Counted from the stretch's first letter, positions 24,391 to 37,812 are shown. The stretch is DNA of 64,000 nt from Tubulanus polymorphus (GCF_964204645.1 NC_134033.1:5046231-5110230), one strand, 5' to 3'. Translations and numbers: made by a program. Notes: generated by a model from the sequence alone, not told the origin.

Positions 24391-26040
24391 ATCACATTGT
24401 TCATTGGGTTTAGTCCAGGACTCGCGAGATTTTCAACAACACGGAAGTAACGTGTAATAAATGATGACTTGAATTGCATGACTACCTACCACCCCTCATT
24501 ATTGTTGGAAAACTAAACGTTCCGCACGACTAAAAATTAGTAATAATAATCAATAACATTTTAGGAATGGCCAGAATTTTAACTTAGGTTCTATCTCTTT
24601 TTTATTTTACAATTGCGATTGGTATAATTTTTTTTAAACGGCCGTTAAGGCTTCATGTTTCGTCTGCAATTCACTGCAAATAGTTACGCAACTACGCACA
24701 TTTCAGTGTTTTTGGCAGCTGTACACTCAATCGGCACCGTTCGTGACTAGCTTCACTGCGGAATTATCATTAATCAACATCGCCATATCACATCATCATT
24801 TTATATTGTGCCTTAAAACCCTAACAGCCGAAATAATTGAAATACACACACGATTTCTATCATTGAAAATTGAGAGAATGGCCGTGTTTGTGTTCTGCTG
24901 CTTCACGTAAATCCCGCGGGGTGGCGCCACCGCGCGGATAGGGGCCTATACGTCCAGAGCCCTAGCTTGATGGTATTCGAAAATTAAAGTATGGGCACTC
25001 GATATGATGGACTTCTATATCCACGCCTCGGTGTGGAGCGCGGAGCGGTTAGAGCGTTCGGCTAATCAGGGAAGCCAGGTCGTGGTTTCGAACCCCGTAC
25101 ATTACCGCAGTGTCTTCGGGCAAGACACTTATTCTCATTGCCACTGTCCACCCAGGAGAAAATGGGTATCTGGCCTGATAGATGACTCCGACTATTGCTC
25201 CCCAGGGAGAGATTACTGATATATGTGAGGGTATTAAAATCATGGTTGAAGTATTAATACCAAAAAATGTAAAGCGCTCCGAGCTAGATTTAGCGCTATA
25301 AAAGACACATATTATTATTATTCTCATCATCATACTGGATATTGCTGTTATTATGCCTCTCGAACAGCCTGTCATATCTGTAAAGATAATTACAGGTTAC
25401 GATATCTAACCGTATAAAAGGGCAAAGTCGTACTACTCGATCTCATTAACGAGTTGCCAATCGAGTTGTGTTATTTCTGCATTATCACATTTTTCATTGG
25501 GGTTTGGTCCAGAACTCACGAGATTTTCAACAACACGGAAGTAACGTGTAATAAATGATGACTTGAATTGCATGACTACCTACCACCCCTCATTATTGTT
25601 GGAAAACTAAACGTTCCGCACTGACTAAAAATTAGTAATAATAATTAATAAAATTTTAGAAATGGCCAGAATTTTAACTTAGGTTCTATCTCATTTTTAT
25701 TTTACAATTGCGATTGGTATAATTTTTTTTTAAACGGCCGTTATGGCTTCGTATATCGTCCGCAATTCACTGCAAATAGTTACGCAACTACGCACGTGTT
25801 TTTGGCAGCTGTACACTCAATCGGCACCGTTCGTGACTATTTGTGGAATTATCATTAATCAACATCGCCATATCACATCATCAACTTATATTGTGCCTTA
25901 AAACCCTAACAGCCGACATAATTGAAATGCACACACGATTTTTATCATTGAAAATTGAGAGAGTGGCCATGTTTGTGTTCTGCTGCTTCGCGTAAATCCC
26001 GCGCGGTGGCGCAACCGCGCGGAGTGGGGCCGATACGTCT
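24391..26040 (+). repeat. ~560-bp direct repeat pair (24391-24956 and 25484-26040) flanking an inverted copy of 6268-6789
   Basis: Both units start atcacatt..tcattggg..gtccag..cgagattttcaacaacacggaagtaacg and end ggggcc.atacgtc. Confidence 0.92.
25025..25325 (+). mobile_element. tRNA-derived CORE-like SINE, second copy
   Basis: Head gcctcggtgtggagcg, B-box ggtttcgaaccc, gggcaagacactt, and tail aaagcgctc...agcgctataaaa + (att)n. Confidence 0.8.
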
Positions 26041-26293
26041 AGCGGCAATATCGTTCTTGACTCCTTGAAAGGAATTGTCGCCCATAGGGCTGATCAGGTC
26101 AGGAAGGTCCGATGATTTTTTTCATCTAATAATTTCACTTTTCTCTTCCTACATTTGATTATCTATAACACGCGGATATATTTACTCTATTATCAATGCA
26201 TCTAAATCTATTAAACTTCCTCAACCAGAGCGATTGTTTTGGCTATGTATATACGACGGGTATAGGTGAATCAATCCTTTCTATATCACGACG

Positions 26294-29200
26294 ATGAAGA
26301 CGCGTCTGTTCTTTATTATCTGCACAGTTTTGTTGCAACTGGGAAATTTATACAACACACAAACATCTGGAGCTGAAAGTAAGTTACTGCAGCCGCCATT
26401 ACTCGATTTTGTGATTATATTTCAGTCAGATTTGCGAATTCGATGACGTTAGCTGTTTAATAATAGATTTACTACAGGCCCTAAATGTAACCTGACAAAA
26501 CAACAAATATAAACACATCTGGTTGACTTAATTTCACATGAAGTTTGTATCTTGATGTCTGGTTTGATAAAAAACGAGTCGCTTATATAATCACCTCACT
26601 AACCAGGGGCGGAGTCAGACGTCTGAGTAGAGGGGTCAAGTGCAGTTTTTTCCCAGGTATCTCATATATTTCAATGAAAAATACATTCACCGTGTGCAGT
26701 GATTTCCGGCAGACGCCGCGAAACAGAAATCGATAAAGATTTGAATCATGGTTAATTTCATCATTAATATGATTCATGTTTATATTCATTTGTTTCAGTA
26801 ATTTACGGGACGCCTCATTCTGCTCGAGATGCAAAACCCGACAATAAAACGCAAGGAGAAACGATTCGATATACTTGTAAAATAATTGGCAGAAATTCTA
26901 CAGTATCATTCCAAGAGAAGAGAAACGGTTCGGAACAATGGTTAACAGTTCCAGACGACCAGCTTAACAAAACTAAAGACAAACAGAATGTTGAGTTGGT
27001 TGAGCTAAAATTCCAAGCAGATTTCAAACGACACAATGGATCTTCATTTAGATGTCTTGTAAATGAAAGCCCAACAGATCCGGAACCTATTCAGTTTGAT
27101 CTGATCGTAGTTAAACGAACTGGTAAGTAACCGTTTGAGTTGCTTATTGAAATAATCAAATTATCTAGAACATTAACTTGCATTCTTGGTTTTCCTAGAA
27201 ATATCATAGAGTCAAATTGAGCTGATAAAATGTCTGATATCTGGTGTTTGTAGAGTTCGTTTTTAGCCCATTTTGGACTTTAGTCCCAGCGGGCTAGTGC
27301 GTTCACTTTTCGTCCGTAGACGGGATCCAGTTATTTTGACGAAGTTTCAAGACTGGCAGCCATTGTTGTTCGCCAAAATCAGCACTTTTTCCACATTTTT
27401 CAAGTTTTTAAGGGAAATTTTGAAGAGACTTTTATCAATTATCGTGGTCTTTCGTAAATGTTTTCATCCCCCAAAGGGCCCATCAGCACGAGAAAAATTT
27501 GGCCGATAGGACTCAAGATGGTCGTCCTCTGACCTAGGCGCTACAAATATCAATCGATGTAGATTTTAATTGTGGTTAGTTCCATCATTAAATGATTGAT
27601 CTCACTATCAGAAATAATCTGAACACGAAGCATGGGAGGGGTTCGATAGCCTCTAACACCCCACCCCCCCCCTCCTTGGATTTTCTTCTGATAAGTTATT
27701 CGAAGTTTGACCGAGTACTGTGCTGGGGAAGGCTATTTAATGTGTACTGTGCTATATATTTATATTCATTCGTTTCAGAAATCATTCCAATGCCAGATCT
27801 CAAAGGAAACCCCGACAGTAAAACACAAGGAGAAATTGTAAATTACACTTGTAAAATTGTCGGAAATTTTAATGCAACATTAACATTCCAAGAGAAGAGA
27901 AGAGCTTCAGAACAATGGGAAACAATTCCAGACGACAAGCTTCACAGAGCTAGCAAAAAGAATGTCCATTACGTTGTGCTAAAATTCCAAGCAGATTTCA
28001 AACTGCACAATGGAACGTCTTTTAGATGTCTAGTAAAGGAAAGCCCAACAGATCGGGAACCTATTCAGTTTGATCTAATCGTACTAGTTAATCGAACAGG
28101 TAAGTAACTGTTTGTATAGCGAATTGAATAAGTTAAACAATTTAGAACATTAAAACTTGCTTTCTTGGTTTTCCTACAAATATCAAAGAGTCAAATTGTG
28201 CCGATAAAATGTCCAATGTCTGGTGTTTGTTGTTTCATCCGTAGTTTCATTTTCTTTTAAAAATGTCCCTGGTCAAGTGCTGAACACATGCGGAGAATGG
28301 ACGACCAATTTTTGAAAGTATTCTTTTAAAGAATCTCATGTAAATATCATCTGTTTCGACATCGAATTTACTTTTTTTTCACGCATTATTTTCGTTGGAC
28401 CGCGGTTTGTTGCCTCCTCGTTGATGTATCTATTCCGTCCGTTCCTCCCGTACAAGAATAAATTTTGTGTCAACCATTTTACGGCTCTCAGTTTTAAGAG
28501 TCAGATTTCGTTGATTTCACTGTCTGGGCCCAGTTCCACACTTGTGAATTAAGAGTTGACTCAGAGTTAACTCATTGAAAATGAACTAAATTAACTCAAG
28601 TTAACGCTAACTCAGAACTGTGGAACTGGATGCTGAAGCACTGTTGTCTGACTGGCCACGCAGGAAGTATTCTTTATTAGGCGCCGCATTCATAAACGGA
28701 TCTCATTTCGTGTTTGTTGTTCATTTTATGCGAAAAGGCACATCGATTTACAAATCAGCTATTTTGCGTTCCGGGTACTATACTTAGTTAACGCGAAGAT
28801 CCAGCATAAGGTTTTCTAGAATTTTTGCACAGTCAAAAGAGTGAAAAAATTGCCTAACATCATTAACTTCATCAGGTGACGGGTGGAAACCAATGGCATT
28901 TACTGAAAAATAGTCTAGGAGGAGGTATGACATCATGTGACCAGTGATAGTTGATAACTATTAGGCGTTACTACGGTGTTAAATGCATATTTGTTCATTA
29001 CGGAAAACACTTTTTTCCAGGCTACTTTGAAAGCAAAACCACACGCAGTGAAAGTTACTTTCAAAATGTAGTTTTTTTCTCTCATTTCAGATGATTCAAG
29101 TTCCACTCAAATCCCGACGACTGAAACCACTACATTCGGGTCAGTATTCATTTCGAGCTAAAAATGTCCGACGGAAAAGGTTCCTAGACGATGTACGGGT

Positions 29201-31033
29201 TCCTGTTGTTTCGTAACAACGGCTGATACTAGACTACGTATCACACTCTGCTTTGCGGTCTATGTGTTTTGTAAAAATAACTTGATTCGATATCTCGCTT
29301 GTCTCTGGTTTCCGAATAAGAATCACGTGCTGGTTGGTGTATTTATAATGCTGATGTTTAGATGTGTCGGGGTCAATGAAACTGGAATTGTAATAAAAAC
29401 TGGAACATTCACTAATTATTCATGTCGTTTTCTACCATCAGCTGAAAATTTGGGAATAAAGGCAATCGCAAAATATGTGACATCGATGCCGCTACCACCA
29501 GCCCTGCTTTTGTTCAATTCTTCTCTGTTAATTAGTTTTTTGATTGTAAATTTCGTGCTTTTCATTCAGAGTTCGCCTGGTTACTACTGAAGAAAAGTTT
29601 CGCTCGAAAAACAAGGTCATTATGAATTTAACTTATAATATCAAACTTTCATGTGTAATATAGCCCCCGGATCCATCGCACAATTAATACCCACTTAACG
29701 TGGGGTAAAACAAAACAAACTTTGGAATAATTATATACATAAAATATAATTTTCATCACCTTAATATTTATTTATATATTCATTTTTTTTCTCAGACTGA
29801 CCCAACCGTCCAACCTACACTGGGCCAGACTGACCGCACCACACATGACTGGACCATGACGATAGTTTACATCATTAGTGGAGTTATCGGTTTCCTCCTC
29901 ATCATCGTTATTATCGTAGTCATCGTTTGCAGGTATTTTACTAAACTAACACGGTAGATTTCTGAAGAGATTATAACTATGTCTGATTGGACCGAAGTTC
30001 AATATCAAGGTCGATTGTAGAGCTCTATAACTAATGATAAGCGGTTGTCGTTAGTTCCAAGTCGAGTTTGTCGGTGACGTCATGTATAAATGATAACGTA
30101 ACCGCGCGCGTGTCTACTTACTTCGAATCGAACATACACGACAAATGTTGCTATTATATTGTGGGCTTTCCTGACAAAATGGCTGATAACCAAAAAAACT
30201 AGTCACATTGGCTTTATGTCACAACAAATATCCGATAACGAACGTGATAAAGCATTTTGATTTTTTAATTGATCGGAAAACAGGTTTTCGTAAGGTAGGC
30301 CTACTGGCAGTACATTAAACTGTTCAAATTCCAATAAAAAATGTCGAAGTTCCAATTTTCTCTAATTATTCTTCAAAGTAATGACGACTTTGATAAACTC
30401 ATAGGAATTGCAGAGACGGATCAATACACGAGCTTTTTATGCGCAGTTAACTCTTCTTTTTCAAGAGGTTTTTCTAGATGCGGGCTTTGCGGTAAATGAT
30501 CTGAACAGTATGATCTCTGATCAAAATCTTACATTATTTCAACATTTCTTTCTCGCTCGATTTCTTCAGCGCAAAACTACCCATTTTTCAGACGCAGACG
30601 ACTTTCCAGTGGAGATCGTGTGGACACTACACCCGAGTCTACAACACCGCAGCAACAAGTCGAGATGGTGTATGGAGTCAACGACGAGTTGAATGATGTC
30701 ATAGATTCGGGTAACGAAACTGACATACCACACACCAGCAATCAGAAAGTTACTACAGATCCGTGCGTGGATACTGAGGCCACAAACAACAAATATACGA
30801 CTCCTTATATGGATATGGGAGCAGGGGGAGACACGCATAGAGATCAGTTCTCGAATCCCGAACCTTTCGTGACGTATCATCAGTTAACGGAAGATACTGG
30901 TGAACCTGTGAAAGATGATATTCAACATTATTCTTACGCTTCTGTTGAATATACTCATGATCAATTTCCCTTAAGGGCTGCCACTGGACAAACAGTAACT
31001 GATTGTACATACACAAAACATACTAGGTTTTAA
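26294..31033 (+). CDS. Type I membrane receptor: signal peptide, 2 Ig domains, Thr-rich stalk, TM, ITIM/YxxM tail (467 aa, 7 coding exons)
   Basis: Exons: 26294-26378 (MKTRLFFIICTVLLQLG...), 26799-27122 (Ig1), 27779-28099 (Ig2), 29091-29139, 29570-29615, 29796-29932 (TM IVYIISGVIGFLLIIVIIVVIVC) and 30592-31033. All introns are GT-AG with compatible phases 1,1,1,2,0,2, totalling 1404 nt. The donors of the two small stalk exons (gtcagt, gtcatt) are weaker. Confidence 0.87.
27261..27550. mobile_element. Interspersed repeat (HINE-like) in intron 2 of the Ig gene
   Basis: Its start, ttttagcccattttggactttagtcccagcgggcta...ggatccagt, matches 62384-62470. It is absent from the paralogous position in intron 3. 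Confidence 0.6.
28524..28635. mobile_element. ~110-bp MITE, copy 1
   Basis: Inverted termini ccagttccaca...tgtggaactgg around the core aactcattgaaaatgaact. Related copies at ~36784 and ~51779. Confidence 0.75.
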
Positions 31034-32379
31034 TATATCGTTTCAATGGTTACAACATCTGCTAAATGAAATCGACTAAAACTACTTTATCGAAACAATA
31101 ATTGATTTCACATTTAGCATATGATAATAGACCAGGTGTCTAGTTTGGTTTGAGTCTCTGACTTGTGCAGCAGACGGATGGGGTGTCAGATCCGTCCACA
31201 TCACTGCACCACGCAACTGATGAACTGGGCTGTCCATAACATTCTCCCTTTAAAAAGGACATCACCAAGAAATATCGTTAATCTTTAGCAAATGTTTACT
31301 TTGGTCGAATTATATTCAAACTGTAAATTGAAATTCCAATGATTAATCTTCAAAAATTAATCTTAAAATCGTTACCTTAAATAGAGTGAGCATGAAGTCA
31401 AATAGTCATTTGTAGCTTAACTAGATTTTTTTTAGCAAGTATGAGCTTTGTCGAAAATTTGGTAATGTTTATAAGACAAGGAATGCTTTACGTAGATAAA
31501 AAAGATTTTCAACAAGGATAGACACAAAATAGATATAATTGTCGAACAGATATGTAAATTGATATAATATAGTATTATGTACAATCAGACTTTGTGCTGA
31601 AAAACCATCGTGAAAATTACAGCTGGCATCAACTGTGTGTAACGAATCACAAAAGAAGAGAAAGATAAAGATAGAAAAGTCACTTTTTATGTTAATAGTT
31701 CATTGGTTATCTCGCTTGCCGCAAACTCTTAACGTTTTTGGCATCGTTTGACAACTATGACGTCATGCCAATGCTAGTTAAATTGTTCGAAAGTCGTAGT
31801 AAAAATAACGCCGACGCTTCTCATTTTCGTAGTAACTACAAATTGAAACTCCGTTTACGTTAAATATTAGACACAGCTGAAAATGACTAAACATAATGTT
31901 TCGATTATCCCCATCAACAAAGCGTCGCCAGATTTATGATTTAATGGTCCACAAAAGTTATTTCATCACATATTTGCTCGTTAATTGCTACCAACATGCA
32001 TGTATAACTGGCTTAGATTCAGAAATCTAAAAATGAAACTTCTGGGTATAACGAGGTCATGCGCCACTTAAATGTAGATATAGTCGTTCTGGGAAACCCA
32101 GAAATAATTTTGAAAAAATAAACGGCAACCCGAATTCGATTTTATTCTATCACGCCGTAACTCGTAAGTTTAAACACGGTTCACAACTCGAAAGTAAAAC
32201 GGATCATAATAGCGACACGAATACGAATACGCTCCAAACATTTCCATGGTAAGAGGATGGAAAAAACGGTACTTAAAAATAATTACATAAACGTTAATTA
32301 AAGCATTTAAAACTTCATAAACTGAACTCACATTCTACCGCAGAGGTCTCGACATCTACCGCAGAGATTCAGAATTACG

Positions 32380-32515
32380 ATTTAGACCGGACCTGGTACC
32401 AATTTCTGTCTACACACATACGTAGATTCAGACTGGTCCAAAATTTGGACCGAACCTGGTTCCTCTTTTAGAACCAAATTTAGACCGGTCTAAATTTCGT
32501 CTTGTGAACGCGCCC
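32380..32515. mobile_element. PIF/Harbinger-like MITE end
   Basis: Ends tgtgaacgcgccc followed by TTA (terminus GGGCGCGTTCACA on the minus strand). Internal tttagaccg/ggtctaaa repeats. Related remnants near 4470-4590, 5960-6140 and 36680-36760. Confidence 0.4.
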
Positions 32516-33527
32516 TTAGAATAAACCGAATTAGTCTTGGGTCTAACGACAACCGTTCCTGGTTATACTCCCAAGTAGGCATTTGGTCGGGAGCACTCGG
32601 AGATCTTCAGTGATGATGAAGAAATGCTTCGAAAATATTAACAGCAAGAAAAAGTATACAACGACAAAAACAATATTTATTATTTCCACAGAAAATCCGT
32701 GGACACACATTTCATGGGGTCGTGGGTGGTCGTGTACGTACGGAAGTGGATACGTAATGTCCTATCTATATGAGGTACAACCAAAAATTATCACGATTGA
32801 TCAGGATTCGCAATTGAGATTCACTTGGGGTAAATTGATGAATATGTACGAACAAACTACATTTTATCAAAAAACGCATTTGTCTTTTTAGTTTTTATTA
32901 GGGATTTTTTCATGGTGTGGGTGGCATTTGACTTTCTTGAGAAACTAGTTTGTCGTGTGGTCTTAGGCTACCAACCGATGACTACTACGATCAACGTTCG
33001 TTATAACGCCAAACATACTTAATGTGGTCGCTCACTTAACGCCATCGTGTTTCAGAGAACAAATCTGCCAAATCCAACACAAACGAAAATTTTATTCTGT
33101 ATGAGATGTCAATTTTGTTATAATGCGGTGTGTTCAATTGGTCCCAATAGTGGCATTTAAAGGACTTCTACTGTATATCCATACGACACTACTTTACGTG
33201 TTTGACTACATCTATATTATGAACATAAGTTAAATGAATCACATTTGACTAATGCCCTACCGTAGCAATTTGTTTCGAAGTTCGACGATAAGTAGATACT
33301 GTTACTTTTTTTATTGTGTCTACATTTTCCGAAGCTAACTTTCTATGAGTACATTTAAACGACTGTAAGACATCTCTAGAGAATGCTGAGCAGCAGGTTT
33401 GACTAGTTTGCCATCTTTAGGTAATACAAGTTATGAATCTGTCTTCAGTCTGGTAACCACGCCTATACCTATTAGATAACATCGTCCCGGGCATGAGACC
33501 ATCGGTTGAAGAGTTCTTTTAATCTAC

Positions 33528-36500
33528 TCAATTTTTGGCGGCTCGACTAAAATTGAATTTCGCTCGACACATATCGAACACTCGTTTGTTGGCGATGAAA
33601 GCCAAGAAAACCAGAAAACCTTGAGACGAATTCAACAAATTGAAGAAATACCAGAGATAATCGTTATTTACGAACGACGCTACGAACCCGACCACCCACG
33701 TGACCCCGGTCACTAAAGCCATCCGGTAGAAAATGAATGTGGTCGTTCTCTTCTGTTTGGCGTTAGATGATGAAGTGGACATCGCGGTAAATGACCGGTG
33801 AATGCGGTAAACTGTAGCTACGAATAGAATTATACTGACCAGATCGATAATACCGATCGGTAGAACGAACGCCATCAATAGGGAGAAACTGGAACTAAAC
33901 CAACAAGTAACGGGGCTTCCGTAAACCGCACCGGAGTACTGAGTGGTATCTGTGTTGTGTAGGACGATACAGGGTCCGACAATGAGGAATGGAGAAAGCC
34001 AAACTGATAGTAGATAGTACAGTAACGTCTTAGGAGAATCGATCAGTTTACGAATAGTGGAAAATGTAAGGAACATGTGAATAGAAACAGCGGCCATAGA
34101 CGCGAAAACAACCATCCAAATATAGTGTTTAACAGCGGCCATCGACACGCATAGTAATCGATTATCAACGCCGATCAGGCTGGAAATATGAAGGGTTTGA
34201 GCCACGGCGAGAGTTGTACAGAGATTGACGATGAGTTTACCGGGAAGAGTTCGCAGATCGGGAATATTCAAGTAGATTACGACCGTTATCACGAGACTGA
34301 CGACGGACAGACAGCTACAGGTGAAGGTTATCAGAAAATCGCGATCGGAAAATAACGAACTGACCGTTATTTTGAAGTTTGAATTGTTTTGTCGTCTGCA
34401 AACCATGGCTCCTGTATCAGAATACACTCGCACGCAGTCGATGATTTTAGTGGAACATTTAGTCGATTTTACTATTCTCGTTTTTCTGTCGTCGCTGGTG
34501 ATTCGAGAAATTCTGTAATATTTGAAAGACGGGTTGGACTGGGCTAGAAACGAGTTACTTCCGGTTTGGGTCATATTATTGTCTACGTCTGCCTCTGTAT
34601 CGATGACGTCACAGCGAGTATTCTTAGTCAAACTCGTAGTCGACAACTCGTAACCGGAAATGGTCACCAGACTGCCATCATTACCGAATTGACACGTGAT
34701 CATCGCCTCATATTTGCTCAAGATTGATTCCATAGTGACGTCACCGAGAAACTCTTCGTGATTGGTAAGCGTGAAGTCGCGTCTGTACAATGACGATTCA
34801 TTGCTTAAAGATGATAAACTTCCTATTTCTGTAATCTTTGATTTATGGACATCGCCGCAGACTTTCACTTTGAAATACATCAATTCATACCCGAAGTTTT
34901 TCATAACAAATCGCTGAGTTTCGTTAAACGTAATAAAGAAAGAGAAATACACGCGTACGGATATTCTAGGCCATTCGTTCTCAACAAGCCGACAGACGGC
35001 GTTGTCTTCGACGGTATCAAGTCGACGGTATCCACGTAAACAGCCGTATCCGCAACATCTACGCGTTTCCTGGTCAAATATTTCATTCGTTTCCGAGCAG
35101 AGAAAGTCTTTCGGCGCCCACGTGATGACGGGCATTCCCGCAGTTCGAAATTCTACGCCGTTCGCGAGACTGAAATCGAGTAAGATGTTCAAACCGAATG
35201 TTTTTTGGCCGGTTAGATCATAGGTACAAACTAAGGTCGATTCGTTTAAAACGCTGTCACTCAGTTCACATTTCATGCAGTAATAATTACGGTATGTTTT
35301 CACCCGTCCACCGACTACAGCTGATATCGGGTTAAAAACCCGTCTGCATTTAGACCTTAAGTCTTGATCTGCTGACTCGTTGCAGTGTGACGTCACGGGT
35401 AGGTTACTGCGCATGCACGGCTGTAAAACCATGCGAACTTGCCTGTGATGCGCGTAAGATAAACGACAATCTTCGGGCAGTCGAACCTTTGCGGTATCGT
35501 CGCTTAAAGACGCGTTGTGCACGCTCGTGATGACGTCATCGATTCGTGTGGTGTTAGTGCACTGCAGGACGAGACTAGCCGGTTTGTATCGAGTGTCGTT
35601 GAACCCGTGACACATCGCGCAATACATATTCTTAAAGGGAAGCCAGTCGTCGATGTAGACGGGAATCGTCGTAGCTAGATTACTGGACGGCGATTCGCAA
35701 TAGAGACGCACGTCTGAATTCAAGTCGAAATCACTCGGGCACCGACTGATCGCTATAAAACCCTTTGACTGATACGTCTCGATTCCGATTCCGTATATAC
35801 AGTCGGTCCATTGAATTTGTTGTATCGTTTTGTTTCGTCTCAATTCGTCCGTGTCGCTTGATATGACGCACTTTCCAATCAGGTCACAACAGTTGTTGAA
35901 CAGTCCGCAAGTACATAAATTAGCCAAACAACCCGTGACTGGACAAACTCGAACCAAATCCCCATCTTCATCTATTTGCTCTGATGCCACCTTGTAATCT
36001 CCGATCAATTGGTTGTTATTTATGTCGCCTCTTCCGGGTATTTTTCGACCAGGCATCCCACGTGTGATACCCGTTATCCCAGATTCGGGATTCGACATTC
36101 CAGATACGTTGAGACGCGATGAAACGATCTGAAATAATCGGGCTATAGTTACCTTTCATATAACATATAAACATATAACGAACTCCAGTTTTCTCCCTGC
36201 CAACAACCCTCGTCAATAAATGATCCTAAACTGTACTTCAAACGCAATTTATGCACAGATAAAGTCCAATATGACGCCATTCAGCGCCATCAAATTTTGG
36301 GTAAATTTGCAAAATCGAAATAAAAATTCGATGAAATTACAATTTCTTGTAACCGCGTGCTCCCAAATGACGACATGTTGAATGGCATGAACCGCGCGTA
36401 ATAATCAGGCTATCAGGCTATTTTCCCTTCTTCCCTACCATAAACCCTCCATTGTGCGTTAAAGAATATTCCAGTTATCAAAAAGGCTTAATTAAACGAA

Positions 36501-37418
36501 TCCGGAATTGACCAAACGTCTTTTCTTTACCGACGGTTTAAAAGAGTTTGTACTCGTATTAGCATGAGAGAATACAATATATAAATCTTTGGATCGTTAA
36601 CATTTCCCTGTAAGATACAAAATGATTATTGAATTACACCAACCGACAAGCCATTTATAATTTACGCAATGAGAAATGACCAATTCGAAATTTTAGAACG
36701 GATCTTATTTGATCTTCGTTAAGAATTGTGTGAACGCTTGGTCCGTTCTATTTGATCACGGAATAAATCTCCAAACGAACTTTCTGTATCCAGTTCCAGA
36801 GTTCTAAAATTAATTCGACTCTTAAGTTAGAACATTGAAAATGAACTGATTTTAACTCTAAGTTAACTCTATCTCACAGCTGTGGACATGTGCTCTGAAT
36901 AGTTAAGTGTGAAAAGCTGCTAAATATAGTTATTTCTTCCACGTAAATAAATTTAAAAAAAAAATTATTATTTTGTTCTGATGTTTCAACTGGATAATCC
37001 ACCCATATTCAGAGAATTCTTCGAAAGTGAGATTGTGGGTGAAATAACTACAATCCAGACCGAAAATAGACTCGAATATCTGCAACCATGATAACCACGC
37101 TGCTAGTATCGAGGTTTCTATAAAAATGTACAAAGAGCAAGAGACTAAGAGAGAAAGAACAAGAGATTGCCAAGAGAGCAAAAAATATGTTTTCCATTAT
37201 TCTTGTTTCTCTCGCAACTTCCTTTCAAGGGTGCGTTGCCTTTGGCCTTTGCTTGACCGTAGTAAAAATACCGTCTCAATTTTTGTTCTGTTTGTAAATA
37301 TTCTTAACGTACTTTCTTATGAAATGAATTGAAATTAACGAATAGTTTAACTCGACTTACCGGTGCAGACGATCAGAAGAAGAAGAAGAAATCGACTTAC
37401 GAAGGATTGGCGCGACAT
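33528..37418 (-). CDS. Secretin-class receptor copy 3; exon-2 ORF intact but out of phase with the canonical signal-peptide exon
   Basis: Exon 1 at 37418-37361 encodes MSRQSFVSRFLLLLLIVCT+G with donor gtaagt (phase 1). The acceptor precedes 36128. An 8-nt deletion relative to copy 1 near 36105 puts the 856-aa ORF in phase 0. An internal phase-0 donor TTC/GTAAGT at 37401/37400 would restore the frame. Confidence 0.85.
36784..36898. mobile_element. ~110-bp MITE, copy 2 (degenerate)
   Basis: ccagttccagagtt...cattgaaaatgaact...agctgtgga. Confidence 0.65.
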
Positions 37419-37619
37419 CTCAACCGTGCACAGAAAAGACTCGACTGCGAATCGTAAATGAAATTGAGCTGAACGATTCTCAACTTAGATTTATCGTGTT
37501 CGGATGAAACAAGAAGCCGAATGCGTGAATCAAAAACGGTTGGAAGTTTCAATGGACGTGTGTGATTTTAATTTCCTTTTATACACAAACGTTGAAATGC
37601 GCTCAATACTCATCTATAT

Positions 37620-37812
37620 GAACATACATGACAGGTGTAACATTAATTCGGATATAATTTCACAAGATTCAATAGTAAGAGCTGATCACGCAGGGCGAAA
37701 CCTCGTGAATATTTGTATGGGTTGTGATTTACTAATACTAAATGGCAGATCTCACGACGACAAAAATTGTGGCAAATACACATTTCGCCAGCCGAAAGGT
37801 AAATCGTTATGA
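37620..37812 (+). mobile_element. LINE (CR1/L2-group) apurinic endonuclease fragment
   Basis: DHAGRNLVNICMGCDLLILNGRSHDDKNCGKYTF..KGKS fits the N-G-L-C-LxILNGR-D-G-T-GS pattern of LINE APE domains. Confidence 0.75.
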
